From a virus, in the IMG/VR virus record IMGVR_UViG_3300041409_000348, positions 39,564 to 103,563 of that record: a DNA stretch of 64,000 nucleotides; one strand, given 5' to 3'. The translations under genes and the position numbers were made by a program. Below the pieces are notes generated by a model. It did not search any database. It was not told the origin of the DNA and was given only the letters and a program-made list of their open reading frames with translations. This document shows positions 27,128 through 35,562 of this stretch, piece by piece; position 1 is the first letter of the stretch; every line of letters starts with the position of its first letter.

Positions 27128-27563
27128 CCCGCTGGCGACCGCTGACCGTCTCGCGACCGCCCTGGACGCCATGACTACGGAACTGCGGACGGTCACCGCA
27201 CGGCAGGCCGGTGCTGAGCAGTACGCGCGCCGTAACCGGGCCATGATCTGGCTGACGGCCGCGTCGATCGCCCTGGATGTGGTCCTGACGGTCCTGCTGG
27301 TGTTCGCGTACGGGTCGGCGGAGAACGCCGCGGCCCGGGCCGCGGCGAATTCGGCGGCTATCTCGGCGCAGCATCAGAACCTGCTGGCCTCCTGCCAGTC
27401 CGGTAACACGTCCCGGGCCGCGCAGGTCACCCTGTGGGATCACGTGCTGTCGGAGACGGCCACGAACCTGTCCCTGAAGACCGCCACCGGACGCCAGTTG
27501 CTGACCTATATCCGGGTGGCGTTCAAGCCGAGGGACTGCCAGGCGCTGTACCGGCTGCCCTGA
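27105..27563 (+). CDS. single-TM protein, paralogue 1
   Basis: RRNR-TM-...SC..GN..RA...W...PRDCQALY. Confidence 0.72.
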   Translation: MPHGPDPDPLATADRLATALDAMTTELRTVTARQAGAEQYARRNRAMIWLTAASIALDVVLTVLLVFAYGSAENAAARAAANSAAISAQHQNLLASCQSGNTSRAAQVTLWDHVLSETATNLSLKTATGRQLLTYIRVAFKPRDCQALYRLP

Positions 27564-27593
27564 CCGGCGCTCTGCGGGGAAGGCAGGTGCGGC

Positions 27594-28031
27594 GTGGCTG
27601 ACAGCATCACTGTGGCCGCTGGCGGCCCGGACCGTGACCGGGACGCGCTGGCCGCCGCGCAGAGCCTCACAGCCTCCCTGGACGCTATGACCGGGGAACT
27701 GTCGCGGCTGCGGGCCTACGGGAAACGGAACCGGCGGATCATCGTCGGCCTGGTCGTGTCCCTGTGCCTGGATCTGCTGATCACCGCCGGGTTCGGTTAC
27801 AACACGATCCGGGTGAACGACGCCCAGGACGCGACCCGCACCAGCGAGATCAGCGCGTGTCAGCAGGCGAACGTGAACCGCGCCCAGGACATTGCGATCT
27901 GGAACAGTTTCCTCGGCGACCTCGCCCCGGCGGCGCAGACGCCGAAGGTGAAGGCGGAACTGGCGGGGCTCAGCAAGCTGGTCAGGATCAAAGACGCGCC
28001 CCGCGATTGCCAATCTCTGTACGCCAAGTGA
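27594..28031 (+). CDS. single-TM protein, paralogue 2
   Basis: KRNR-TM-...AC..AN..RA...W...PRDCQSLY. Confidence 0.72.
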   Translation: MADSITVAAGGPDRDRDALAAAQSLTASLDAMTGELSRLRAYGKRNRRIIVGLVVSLCLDLLITAGFGYNTIRVNDAQDATRTSEISACQQANVNRAQDIAIWNSFLGDLAPAAQTPKVKAELAGLSKLVRIKDAPRDCQSLYAK

Positions 28032-28043
28032 GGGAGTGCCGTC

Positions 28044-28190
28044 ATGGCCGCTATCCCAGGTGACACCACCGCCAACCCGCAGGCATCCGTGCCGCACCAG
28101 ACCTCGATGGGACGCTGCCCGAGGTGTGAGCGGTGGCCGTGGGAGCTGCCGTGCGGCGGGATCGGCGACGTCGTGCACCTCGGGAGCTAG
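28044..28190 (+). CDS. Cys-containing micro-protein (48 aa)
   Basis: SD AGGGAG; CPRC...C...H. Confidence 0.4.
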   Translation: MAAIPGDTTANPQASVPHQTSMGRCPRCERWPWELPCGGIGDVVHLGS

Positions 28191-28209
28191 ACGGGCTTGC
28201 GGCGGGCGC

Positions 28210-28413
28210 TCATTGCCCGGCCGCCCTCTCGCGGATCATCAGGCCGGCCTGGATCGTGTCGTAGACGTCTTGCGCTTTGCCTGGATCGACGGTGGCCAGC
28301 ACCCTGATCCCGGCTTCCACTCCCTGAAAGTCCTTGTTCTTGAGCGCTTCCCCGATCACCTTCACGAGAGTGTCGGCATCCCACGACGGCACCTCGGGGC
28401 TGGGCTCGGTCAT
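28210..28413 (-). CDS. hypothetical protein
   Basis: ATGA coupling to upstream gene. Confidence 0.6.
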   Translation of the reverse strand: MTEPSPEVPSWDADTLVKVIGEALKNKDFQGVEAGIRVLATVDPGKAQDVYDTIQAGLMIRERAAGQ

Positions 28414-28610
28414 TTTCCCGCCAGCCCTTCGGCGCGCAGGCAGTAGTTGCGGCAGTCGATAGCGCAGGTGCACCGTGCGCCGGTCATGTCCGGTGCCGTG
28501 GTGCACGCCGGGCGCGCGGCTTCGATCCTGGCGCGTGCTTCTGCTATCGCAACGGCTGGCGTGTACTCGTCGGGGCGCATCCAGCGCTCGCTAGGCCTGT
28601 TCCCGGTCAT
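28410..28610 (-). CDS. small Cys-rich protein
   Basis: ATGA coupling; CTC..DC..YC. Confidence 0.55.
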   Translation of the reverse strand: MTGNRPSERWMRPDEYTPAVAIAEARARIEAARPACTTAPDMTGARCTCAIDCRNYCLRAEGLAGK

Positions 28611-28978
28611 GACTGGCCGCCTTCCGTCACAGGGGCGTTCTCTGGCAGTAGGTCGGCTAGTTCGGCCGTTGCCGCCGAAAGCTGTTTCCAGTAGCGCTGA
28701 AACTCGCCGTCCGGCTCGAAGGCGATCTTGCGCATGCCGTCGAGCAGGCCAGCCAGAGTGACGACATGGTGGCGGACCTCATCGGCCGAGACCGCTGGAT
28801 TGTCGCTCTCCTCGAACGCCCTGAGCGCCGCGCGTGTGTGCTCAAGCCAGTCCACGGACATCACGACGGCTGCGGGCTTGCCCTGCCGGGTGATCGTCGT
28901 GAACTTGTCCGCGATCCGGGCCCGGTCAACGACCTCCCCGAGCTTCAGCCGCGCCTGCTCGATGCTCATTTCATCCAT
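28607..28978 (-). CDS. Phd/YefM-domain protein, leaderless
   Basis: MSIEQARLKLGEVVDRA...TTITRQGKPAAVVMS; TAGGAT-N6-ATG; palindrome ATCCT-AC-AGGAT over the -10. Confidence 0.85.
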   Translation of the reverse strand: MDEMSIEQARLKLGEVVDRARIADKFTTITRQGKPAAVVMSVDWLEHTRAALRAFEESDNPAVSADEVRHHVVTLAGLLDGMRKIAFEPDGEFQRYWKQLSAATAELADLLPENAPVTEGGQS

Positions 28979-29042
28979 ACCAGAATCCTACAGGATCTCG
29001 TGATCCTCCACCCTGCCGACACGCGGCGGAAAGGACACCCGG

Positions 29043-29459
29043 ATGCCCGGTTTTGATGCCGGTACCGTCGTGGAGCCCCTCGACTGGGACTTCACCGCAT
29101 TCGGTGCCGGTAAAGGCACCGTCCCCGAACCATCCGACGCGCGGCTCGGCAAATTCATCCGCGAGGTCATGCAGGCCCAGCAGACCGAATCCCAGTCGCT
29201 GGCCCCGCTGACCGCGGCCGGGGACGACCCGGAGGCGGTCCTCGCCGCCATCGCCGCGTTGCCCGAGGATGTCCTCCCCGGCGCCACGATGGCGATGATC
29301 AAGCCGTACGCGGACCTGTGCGACGGGTCACCCACCGAAGCCCAGTTGACCAAACTCCCGCCCCGGGTGCGGGTCGCGTTCTTCGCGTGGCTGGCAGGTG
29401 AACTGCGCCCGGAAGCCTCAAGCGCCGCTTCGACGCCGGCGCTGAGGTCCGTGAGCTAG
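29043..29459 (+). CDS. tail assembly chaperone (G-like)
   Basis: Position before tape measure; SD AAAGGA. Confidence 0.75.
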   Translation: MPGFDAGTVVEPLDWDFTAFGAGKGTVPEPSDARLGKFIREVMQAQQTESQSLAPLTAAGDDPEAVLAAIAALPEDVLPGATMAMIKPYADLCDGSPTEAQLTKLPPRVRVAFFAWLAGELRPEASSAASTPALRSVS

Positions 29460-29740
29460 CCAACAACCGTCTCATCCTGTACATGGCCCGCCGGTACCTG
29501 AAAATGCCGGCGGACGAGTGGTGCGGGCTGTCGTGGGCGCATCAGCAGGCATACATGGAAGGCTTCTACACCGAGGGCCTGCTGGAACGCCCCGAGGCTG
29601 CCCCGCTGAACGCGGACATGAGCGTCCCCGATGACATCAGGTCGCTGACCGCATCCGGGTCCGGGTACCGGACGGCGGAAGCGTCCGGCATCGACATGGA
29701 CGCCCTCATCGGCGAGATGGAAGCGCAGCGGCAGGGGTGA
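29408..29740 (+). CDS. tail assembly chaperone -1 frameshift extension (GT-like)
   Basis: -1 frame open from about 29402; candidate slip C-CCG-GAA 29408-29414; track ORF 29483..29740. Confidence 0.6.
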   Translation, partial: PGSLKRRFDAGAEVRELANNRLILYMARRYLKMPADEWCGLSWAHQQAYMEGFYTEGLLERPEAAPLNADMSVPDDIRSLTASGSGYRTAEASGIDMDALIGEMEAQRQG

Positions 29741-29743
29741 GCG

Positions 29744-30745
29744 GTGGACGCCCTCGTTACCCTGCACGAGGGCGACTGCCTGGAAGTGCTCGCCGGGATG
29801 CCGGACGCGAGTATCGACGCGGTGGTCACCGATCCGCCGTATTCGCTTTCGTTCATGGGCCGGTCGTGGGACACGTTCAAGCCGTCAGAGTTCCAGGCGT
29901 GGTGCGAGAAGTGGGCCGGTGAGTGCCTGCGGGTGCTGAAGCCGGGCGGGTATCTGCTGGCGTTCGGCGGGACGCGGACGTATCACCGGCTGGCCTGCGG
30001 GATCGAAGACGCGGGCTTCGAGGTCCGCGACTCGCTGCACTGGATTTACGGGCAGGGATTCCCGAAAGGGAAAGCTGCGCTCAAGCCGTCACACGAGCCG
30101 ATCGTCATGGCGCGCAAGCCTGACCGCAAGAGCGCACCATTGCCGGGGCTGGACGATTGCCGGGTTGAGGGCGTGCCACCGTCAGTGCCGCAGCCAGCGT
30201 TCAACAGTCCGACCGGTCAGGTGTACGGCATGAAAGCCGGAACAGGCCGGAACGGTGCCATGTCCCAGTCGTCGCAGGGCCGCTGGCCACCGAACGTGCT
30301 GCTGTCCGAGGAGGCGGCGGCCGAGATGGACCGGCAGAGCGGGAATCTCGCCGGATGCGGTGGCCCTAAGAAGGTAGATAGCGGCGCGACGAGCATGTTC
30401 GGCATTGGCGCTGTGGCCCGGACGTATGAGCGCGAGGGCGGCGGCGCGTCCCGCTTCTTCCCCGTGTTCCGCTATCAGGCCAAGGCGTCCAGCAAGGAAC
30501 GCCCCCGCCTGCCGGACGGCACCGCATGGCCCACCGTGAAACCGCTGGAACTGATGCGCTGGCTTGTCCGCCTCGTAACACCTCCCGGCGGCACCGTGCT
30601 CGACCCGTTCGCCGGAACCGGCACCACTGCGCAAGCCGCTGCCCTCGAAGGCTTCTCCTGCGTGCTCGCCGAGAAAGACCCCGTTGCCGTGGCACTGATC
30701 CGGCAGCGCCTAGCCAAACCGCTCCAGCCGTCGCTACTTGAGTGA
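29744..30745 (+). CDS. N4/N6 DNA methyltransferase (paralogue B)
   Basis: VTDPPY, WPTVKP, DPFAGTGTT; long near-identity to 18425..19432. Confidence 0.92.
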   Translation: MDALVTLHEGDCLEVLAGMPDASIDAVVTDPPYSLSFMGRSWDTFKPSEFQAWCEKWAGECLRVLKPGGYLLAFGGTRTYHRLACGIEDAGFEVRDSLHWIYGQGFPKGKAALKPSHEPIVMARKPDRKSAPLPGLDDCRVEGVPPSVPQPAFNSPTGQVYGMKAGTGRNGAMSQSSQGRWPPNVLLSEEAAAEMDRQSGNLAGCGGPKKVDSGATSMFGIGAVARTYEREGGGASRFFPVFRYQAKASSKERPRLPDGTAWPTVKPLELMRWLVRLVTPPGGTVLDPFAGTGTTAQAAALEGFSCVLAEKDPVAVALIRQRLAKPLQPSLLE

Positions 30746-30760
30746 AGGCGGTGAGCGGCC

Positions 30761-33700
30761 ATCACGTTCGACGCCGGCAGCATCTCCGCGAAGCTCGAAC
30801 TCGACCGCTCCAGCTTCAACACCGGGCTGACCCAGGCGCAGGCCGACGCGGACAAGTTCAGCGGCAAGCCCATCCAGGCGAAGATCACCGCTGACGGGAC
30901 GCAGGCCAAGGCGACCCTGGATGACCTGCAGACGCGGGCCGATGCGCTCGGCAAGAAGGCCGGGACCATCACGGTCAAGGCGGACGCATCGCAGGCGGAC
31001 GCGACCCTGGACGCGACGTCGGCGAAAGCGGACGCGCTCGGCAAGAAGGCCGGCACGATCAAGGTCCAGGCCGACGCGAGCCAGGCCAACACCGAGATGG
31101 ACGCCACCGCCGCCAAGGCGGATGCGCTGGGGAAGAAAAACCCCACCATCACGGTCAAGGCCGACACGTCTGGTGCCAGTTCCGACCTGGACAAGGCCGC
31201 CGCGAAGGCCGATGCGCTGGGGAAGAAAACCGAGACGGTCACGGTCAAGGCCGACACGTCCGACGTCAGCCAGAAAATCTCCGATCTCACCTCGGGGCCG
31301 TTCTCGCTGCTGAAAACCGCGATCGTCGGCCTCGGCCCCGCCGCGGTCCCTGTCCTCGGCACGGTCACCGCCGCGGTGCTGCCGCTGTCCGCCGCGGTCG
31401 GGTCCGCTGCGGCCGGGCTCGCCGCGTTCGGGACCGTATCCAAACTGGTCCTCACCCAGGCCGGCACCGCCGCGACCGCGGCGTCCACCGCCCAGGCCAC
31501 TTACACCGCGGCCATCGCCAAAGCCGCCGGGCAGTACACCATCGCCTCCGCCGCCGCGAAAACCCACACCCAGCAGGTCGCCGCGCTCGCCGCCGAGCAC
31601 AAAGCCGACGCGACCGCTGCGGTCGCCCAGGCCGCCGCGCTGAGCACCGCCTACTCGGGTATGAGTTCCCAGCAGATCGCCCTGTCCAAGCAGGTCGGGG
31701 ACCTCGACAAGGCATACAAGGGCATGCTGACCTCGGTCACCCCCCTGGTGTCCTCCGCGCTGGTCCCGTGGATGAAAGACGTCCAGAACCTGCTCCAGTA
31801 CATCAAGCCGCTGATCAGCCCCGTCGCTGCCCTGTTCAAGTCCTGGGGGGACGAGCTCAACCGGTCGCTGACCGGCAACACAGCCAACATCACTAAGTTC
31901 ATGGACGCCTTCGCGGGCCGGTCCGCCACCAACATCCGCCTGTTCGGTGACGCCCTCGTGGAGTTCGCGAAAGGCGCCGGGTCGCTGATCCACGACGTCG
32001 CCCCCAATCTGGCGGGGGCCGCCGACGGGGTGCTGAAACTCGCGCAGTCGTTCGCGGCGTGGGCCGGGTCGCAGAAGGCCGCCGACGACATCAAGGCGTT
32101 TTTCTCGTGGGCGCAGACCAACGCCCCCACGGTCCGCAAATTCCTCGACGACCTGAACACCACCATCGGGCACCTGGTCATCGCGCTGGCGTCCGCCGGG
32201 CCCTCCGATCTGAAGGTGCTCACCGCTGGCCTGTCCGCCCTGGCGGCACTGCCCTCCGGGGCGATCGTCGCCATCGCCGACGGGTACGTGGCCCTGTCCC
32301 TCGGCCTGCGGGCCGCCGCGGTCGCCACGACCCTGTACGAGATCGCCTCCAAGGACGCCGCCGGCTACACGCTGCTGATGCGGATCCAGTTCGGGTTGCT
32401 GCAAGTCCAGGAGAAAGCGGTCGCGTTGTGGACGGGCCTGGTCACGGCGGCCACGTGGCTCGCTGACGCCGCCGAAACCGCCTACGTCGCCGTGATGCTC
32501 CTCGCCGACGCCGCGAGCCTCCCCCTCATCGTCGTGATCGGCGGGATCGTCCTCGCCGTCGCCGCCCTCGCGCTCGGCATCTACGAACTCGCCACCCACT
32601 GGAATACCGTCTGGCATGACATCCTCGCCGTCTCCCAGGACGTGTGGGGCTGGATCAAAAACAACTGGCCGCTGCTCACCGCGATCCTCCTCGGCCCCAT
32701 CGCCGTCGCCGTCCTGGAAATCGTCCAGCACTGGGACACCATCAAGGACGCCTTCTCCGCGGTCTCCGCGTTCATCGCCGCGGACTGGAAAGCGTTCACC
32801 AGTTCCCTCCTCGCCCCCGTCGCCGCGATCGTCCACGGAATCTCGGTCGCCTGGGCCGCGATCGAGGCCCCGTTCGAGGCTGTCATCGACTGGATCAAAA
32901 CCCACTGGCAGGACACCCTCGTCCTCCTGACCGGGCTCCTCGGCGTCGCGATCCTGGTCATCATCCACTTCTGGCCGCAGATCACCACCGCCGTCGAAAC
33001 GGTCTTCAACGGCATCGCGTCCTATTTCACGACGTGGTGGGCGACGGCAACCAGCCGGTTCACCGCCGCGGCGAACATCCTCAAAGGCGTCCTGACCGCC
33101 GCGTGGTCAGCGATCTCCACCGCCCTCAAGGCCGCCTGGGCGGCGATAGCCGCCTACTTCACGTCGTGGTGGAACGCCGAGGTCGCCTACTTCAAAGGCC
33201 CCATCACCGCCATCGAGAACGCCCTCAAGGCGGCGTGGTCGGCGATCACCAGCGTCGCGAAGACGGCGTGGGGTGCGATCTCGTCGTATTTCTCGTCGTG
33301 GTGGAACAGCGAGCTCAGCACGTTCAAGAACGACGCCGCCGCAATCGGAAATGCGCTAAAGGCAGCCTGGGACGCGATCGAATCCACCGCCAAATCGGTG
33401 TTCGGCGGGATCCTGACCTACTTCGGCGGCTTCTGGTCCGCCCTCAAAACCGGGTTCGCGACCGCCGTGTCCGGGGTGGCCACCGCCTGGAACAAGCTCG
33501 AGACGATCGTGAAGACCCCCGTCCAGTGGGTCGTCACCAACGTCTACGACAAGCTGATCATGCCGTTCTGGAACGCCACCGCCGGCGCGATCGGCCTCAC
33601 GAAACTCCCCAAGCTCGCCGGCGGCGGCATGGTCCCCGGCGGGTACAGCCCCGTCGACAACCAGCTCGTGTGGATGCGGTCCGGTGAAGGGGTCCTGCAG

Positions 33701-35080
33701 CCCGGTGCGGTGATGGCCCTCGGCGGGCCTGCGTTCATCGACGCCGCGAACCGCACCTACGGGGATGTCCCGGTCGGGTCCAGCGGCGCCGGCCATTACG
33801 CCTCCGGGGGGACCGCGCCGGGGAACGTGGGCCAGGGACTCCACACCGGCACCACCGCGGAGCCGTCAGGGAGCGCCCCAGCCGGTCTCGGGAGTATCGG
33901 CGGCATCCTCAGCGGCCTCGTCCACGACGCCGCCGGGGTCATCTCCGAGGTTGAGACCGGGGTCTTCGATGCCCTGTCCAGTGTCGGCACCAGGCTCATC
34001 GACGGTGCCGTGAAACTGATCCCCGGTAGCGGCGGTGTGGCCACGGCCATGCGGGACTACCCGCCGAAGATCTGGTCGGCGTTCCTGTCCTGGGTCACCG
34101 CCCACGCTGGGAACGGCGGGGATATCGTCAAGTACGCCGAAAGCTTCCTCGGGAAAATCCCCTACGTGTGGGGCGGCACCTCCCTGTCAAGCGCCGGCGC
34201 GGACTGCAGTGGCTTCACCGGCAGTGTGCTATCCCACTTCGGATACGACCCGCCGCGCACGTCGGAGGCGCAGGGCTCGTGGGTTAAACGGGCCGGCCCG
34301 CAAGCGGGCGGGCTCGCGTTCTACCACTCCCCGGCGGGTGGCGCCGACCCGGGCCACGTCGCGATCGTCGCCAGCGGGAGCCAGGTGGTCTCCCAGGGCG
34401 GCGGGATGGGCCCGAAGATGATGGCCCTGCACGCGATGCCGCTGCTGTGGACCGGTATCCCGCCGGGCGGGTTCAAGTCCGGCAGCGGCGGCGGGAGCAC
34501 CGCCATGGCGGGCGGCGGCAGCGCCAGCGCCAACCAGGCCCTCGGCCAGAGAATGGCCGCAGCGATGGGCTGGACCGGCGCGGAATGGGCCGCTCTGAAC
34601 GCCGTGGAAATGCGGGAGGCGGGCTGGTCGACCACCGCCAGGAACGCGAGTTCCGGCGCGTACGGGATCGCCCAGTTCATTTCGGGGCCGTCCGAGTATG
34701 CCCAGTACGGGGGCAGCAGCACGACGGCGGGCGGGCAGATCGCCGGGTTCCTGAACTACGTGAAAGAGCGCTACGGCGACCCCATCGCCGCCGAGGCTCA
34801 TGAGGCGCAGTACGGGTGGTATGACCAGGGCGGATGGCTGCAGCCCGGCATGACAATGGTCATGAACGCCACCGGGCACCCGGAACCGGTCCTCAACCCG
34901 GACCAGTGGGACCGGCTCACCTCCGCGGTCGGGTCCGGTGACGGGATCGGGGACAAGCTCGACCGGATCGCCGGGCTGCTCATGGCCGGGCCCCGCGCCA
35001 CCGCCGGTGGTGTGTCCGAGGTTCTGAACGGGACAGCGCACACGGCGTCATTCAGGGCCCGGTACCCGCGCAACAACTAG
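30761..35080 (+). CDS. tape measure protein with C-terminal NlpC/P60 and lytic-transglycosylase-like domains (probable ATC start)
   Basis: Frame open from 30755; TFDAGSISAKLELD N-terminus; Trp-periodic repeats; PYVWGG..DCSG..GHVAI; EAGWSTTARNASSGAYGIAQ. Confidence 0.9.
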   Translation: MTFDAGSISAKLELDRSSFNTGLTQAQADADKFSGKPIQAKITADGTQAKATLDDLQTRADALGKKAGTITVKADASQADATLDATSAKADALGKKAGTIKVQADASQANTEMDATAAKADALGKKNPTITVKADTSGASSDLDKAAAKADALGKKTETVTVKADTSDVSQKISDLTSGPFSLLKTAIVGLGPAAVPVLGTVTAAVLPLSAAVGSAAAGLAAFGTVSKLVLTQAGTAATAASTAQATYTAAIAKAAGQYTIASAAAKTHTQQVAALAAEHKADATAAVAQAAALSTAYSGMSSQQIALSKQVGDLDKAYKGMLTSVTPLVSSALVPWMKDVQNLLQYIKPLISPVAALFKSWGDELNRSLTGNTANITKFMDAFAGRSATNIRLFGDALVEFAKGAGSLIHDVAPNLAGAADGVLKLAQSFAAWAGSQKAADDIKAFFSWAQTNAPTVRKFLDDLNTTIGHLVIALASAGPSDLKVLTAGLSALAALPSGAIVAIADGYVALSLGLRAAAVATTLYEIASKDAAGYTLLMRIQFGLLQVQEKAVALWTGLVTAATWLADAAETAYVAVMLLADAASLPLIVVIGGIVLAVAALALGIYELATHWNTVWHDILAVSQDVWGWIKNNWPLLTAILLGPIAVAVLEIVQHWDTIKDAFSAVSAFIAADWKAFTSSLLAPVAAIVHGISVAWAAIEAPFEAVIDWIKTHWQDTLVLLTGLLGVAILVIIHFWPQITTAVETVFNGIASYFTTWWATATSRFTAAANILKGVLTAAWSAISTALKAAWAAIAAYFTSWWNAEVAYFKGPITAIENALKAAWSAITSVAKTAWGAISSYFSSWWNSELSTFKNDAAAIGNALKAAWDAIESTAKSVFGGILTYFGGFWSALKTGFATAVSGVATAWNKLETIVKTPVQWVVTNVYDKLIMPFWNATAGAIGLTKLPKLAGGGMVPGGYSPVDNQLVWMRSGEGVLQPGAVMALGGPAFIDAANRTYGDVPVGSSGAGHYASGGTAPGNVGQGLHTGTTAEPSGSAPAGLGSIGGILSGLVHDAAGVISEVETGVFDALSSVGTRLIDGAVKLIPGSGGVATAMRDYPPKIWSAFLSWVTAHAGNGGDIVKYAESFLGKIPYVWGGTSLSSAGADCSGFTGSVLSHFGYDPPRTSEAQGSWVKRAGPQAGGLAFYHSPAGGADPGHVAIVASGSQVVSQGGGMGPKMMALHAMPLLWTGIPPGGFKSGSGGGSTAMAGGGSASANQALGQRMAAAMGWTGAEWAALNAVEMREAGWSTTARNASSGAYGIAQFISGPSEYAQYGGSSTTAGGQIAGFLNYVKERYGDPIAAEAHEAQYGWYDQGGWLQPGMTMVMNATGHPEPVLNPDQWDRLTSAVGSGDGIGDKLDRIAGLLMAGPRATAGGVSEVLNGTAHTASFRARYPRNN

Positions 35081-35523
35081 GGCTGCCCGATCTCCTCGGC
35101 CAGCACCTCGGGTGGCACGAAACTCAGGTAGACGCCGAGGCGGTACGCGCGCTCGGCCGCTTCGGGTGTGTGCCGGATGTCTACCGCCGGCCCGACCCGC
35201 CGCTGCTCCCGCTCCGAGAGCCTGCGCCGGATGTGGAACGCCTTCCCGGTCCACTCCCGCCACTCGCCCAGAGAGGCATCCCCGATAGCGGCTAGCTGCC
35301 GTTCAGCTTCCCGCTCGAGGGTGGCGCGGATGGGGAAGTTCCCGCTTGCTACTGAGGCGTGCCAGACCGGCCCGCCGTATCCGGCGTCAATTCATTCGTA
35401 GCCGCTGTTGACCGTCAGCACCACGGACAGGCCGTTAGGCAGCTTCCGGGCGAACTGCGGGTGCACGGTCTCCACCGACAGGCGGCAATGCCTGTCTAGC
35501 GCCACGGTGTGCTGACGGTTCAT
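35077..35523 (-). CDS. hypothetical protein with in-frame TGA at codon 44 (selenoprotein, readthrough or pseudogene)
   Basis: CAGGAT-N7-ATG leaderless start; frame continues 104 sense codons past TGA 35394-35392 to TAG. Confidence 0.55.
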
Positions 35524-35562
35524 GCCTCTCATCCTGCCACTACGTCCTGACAGCGGGGTGAG

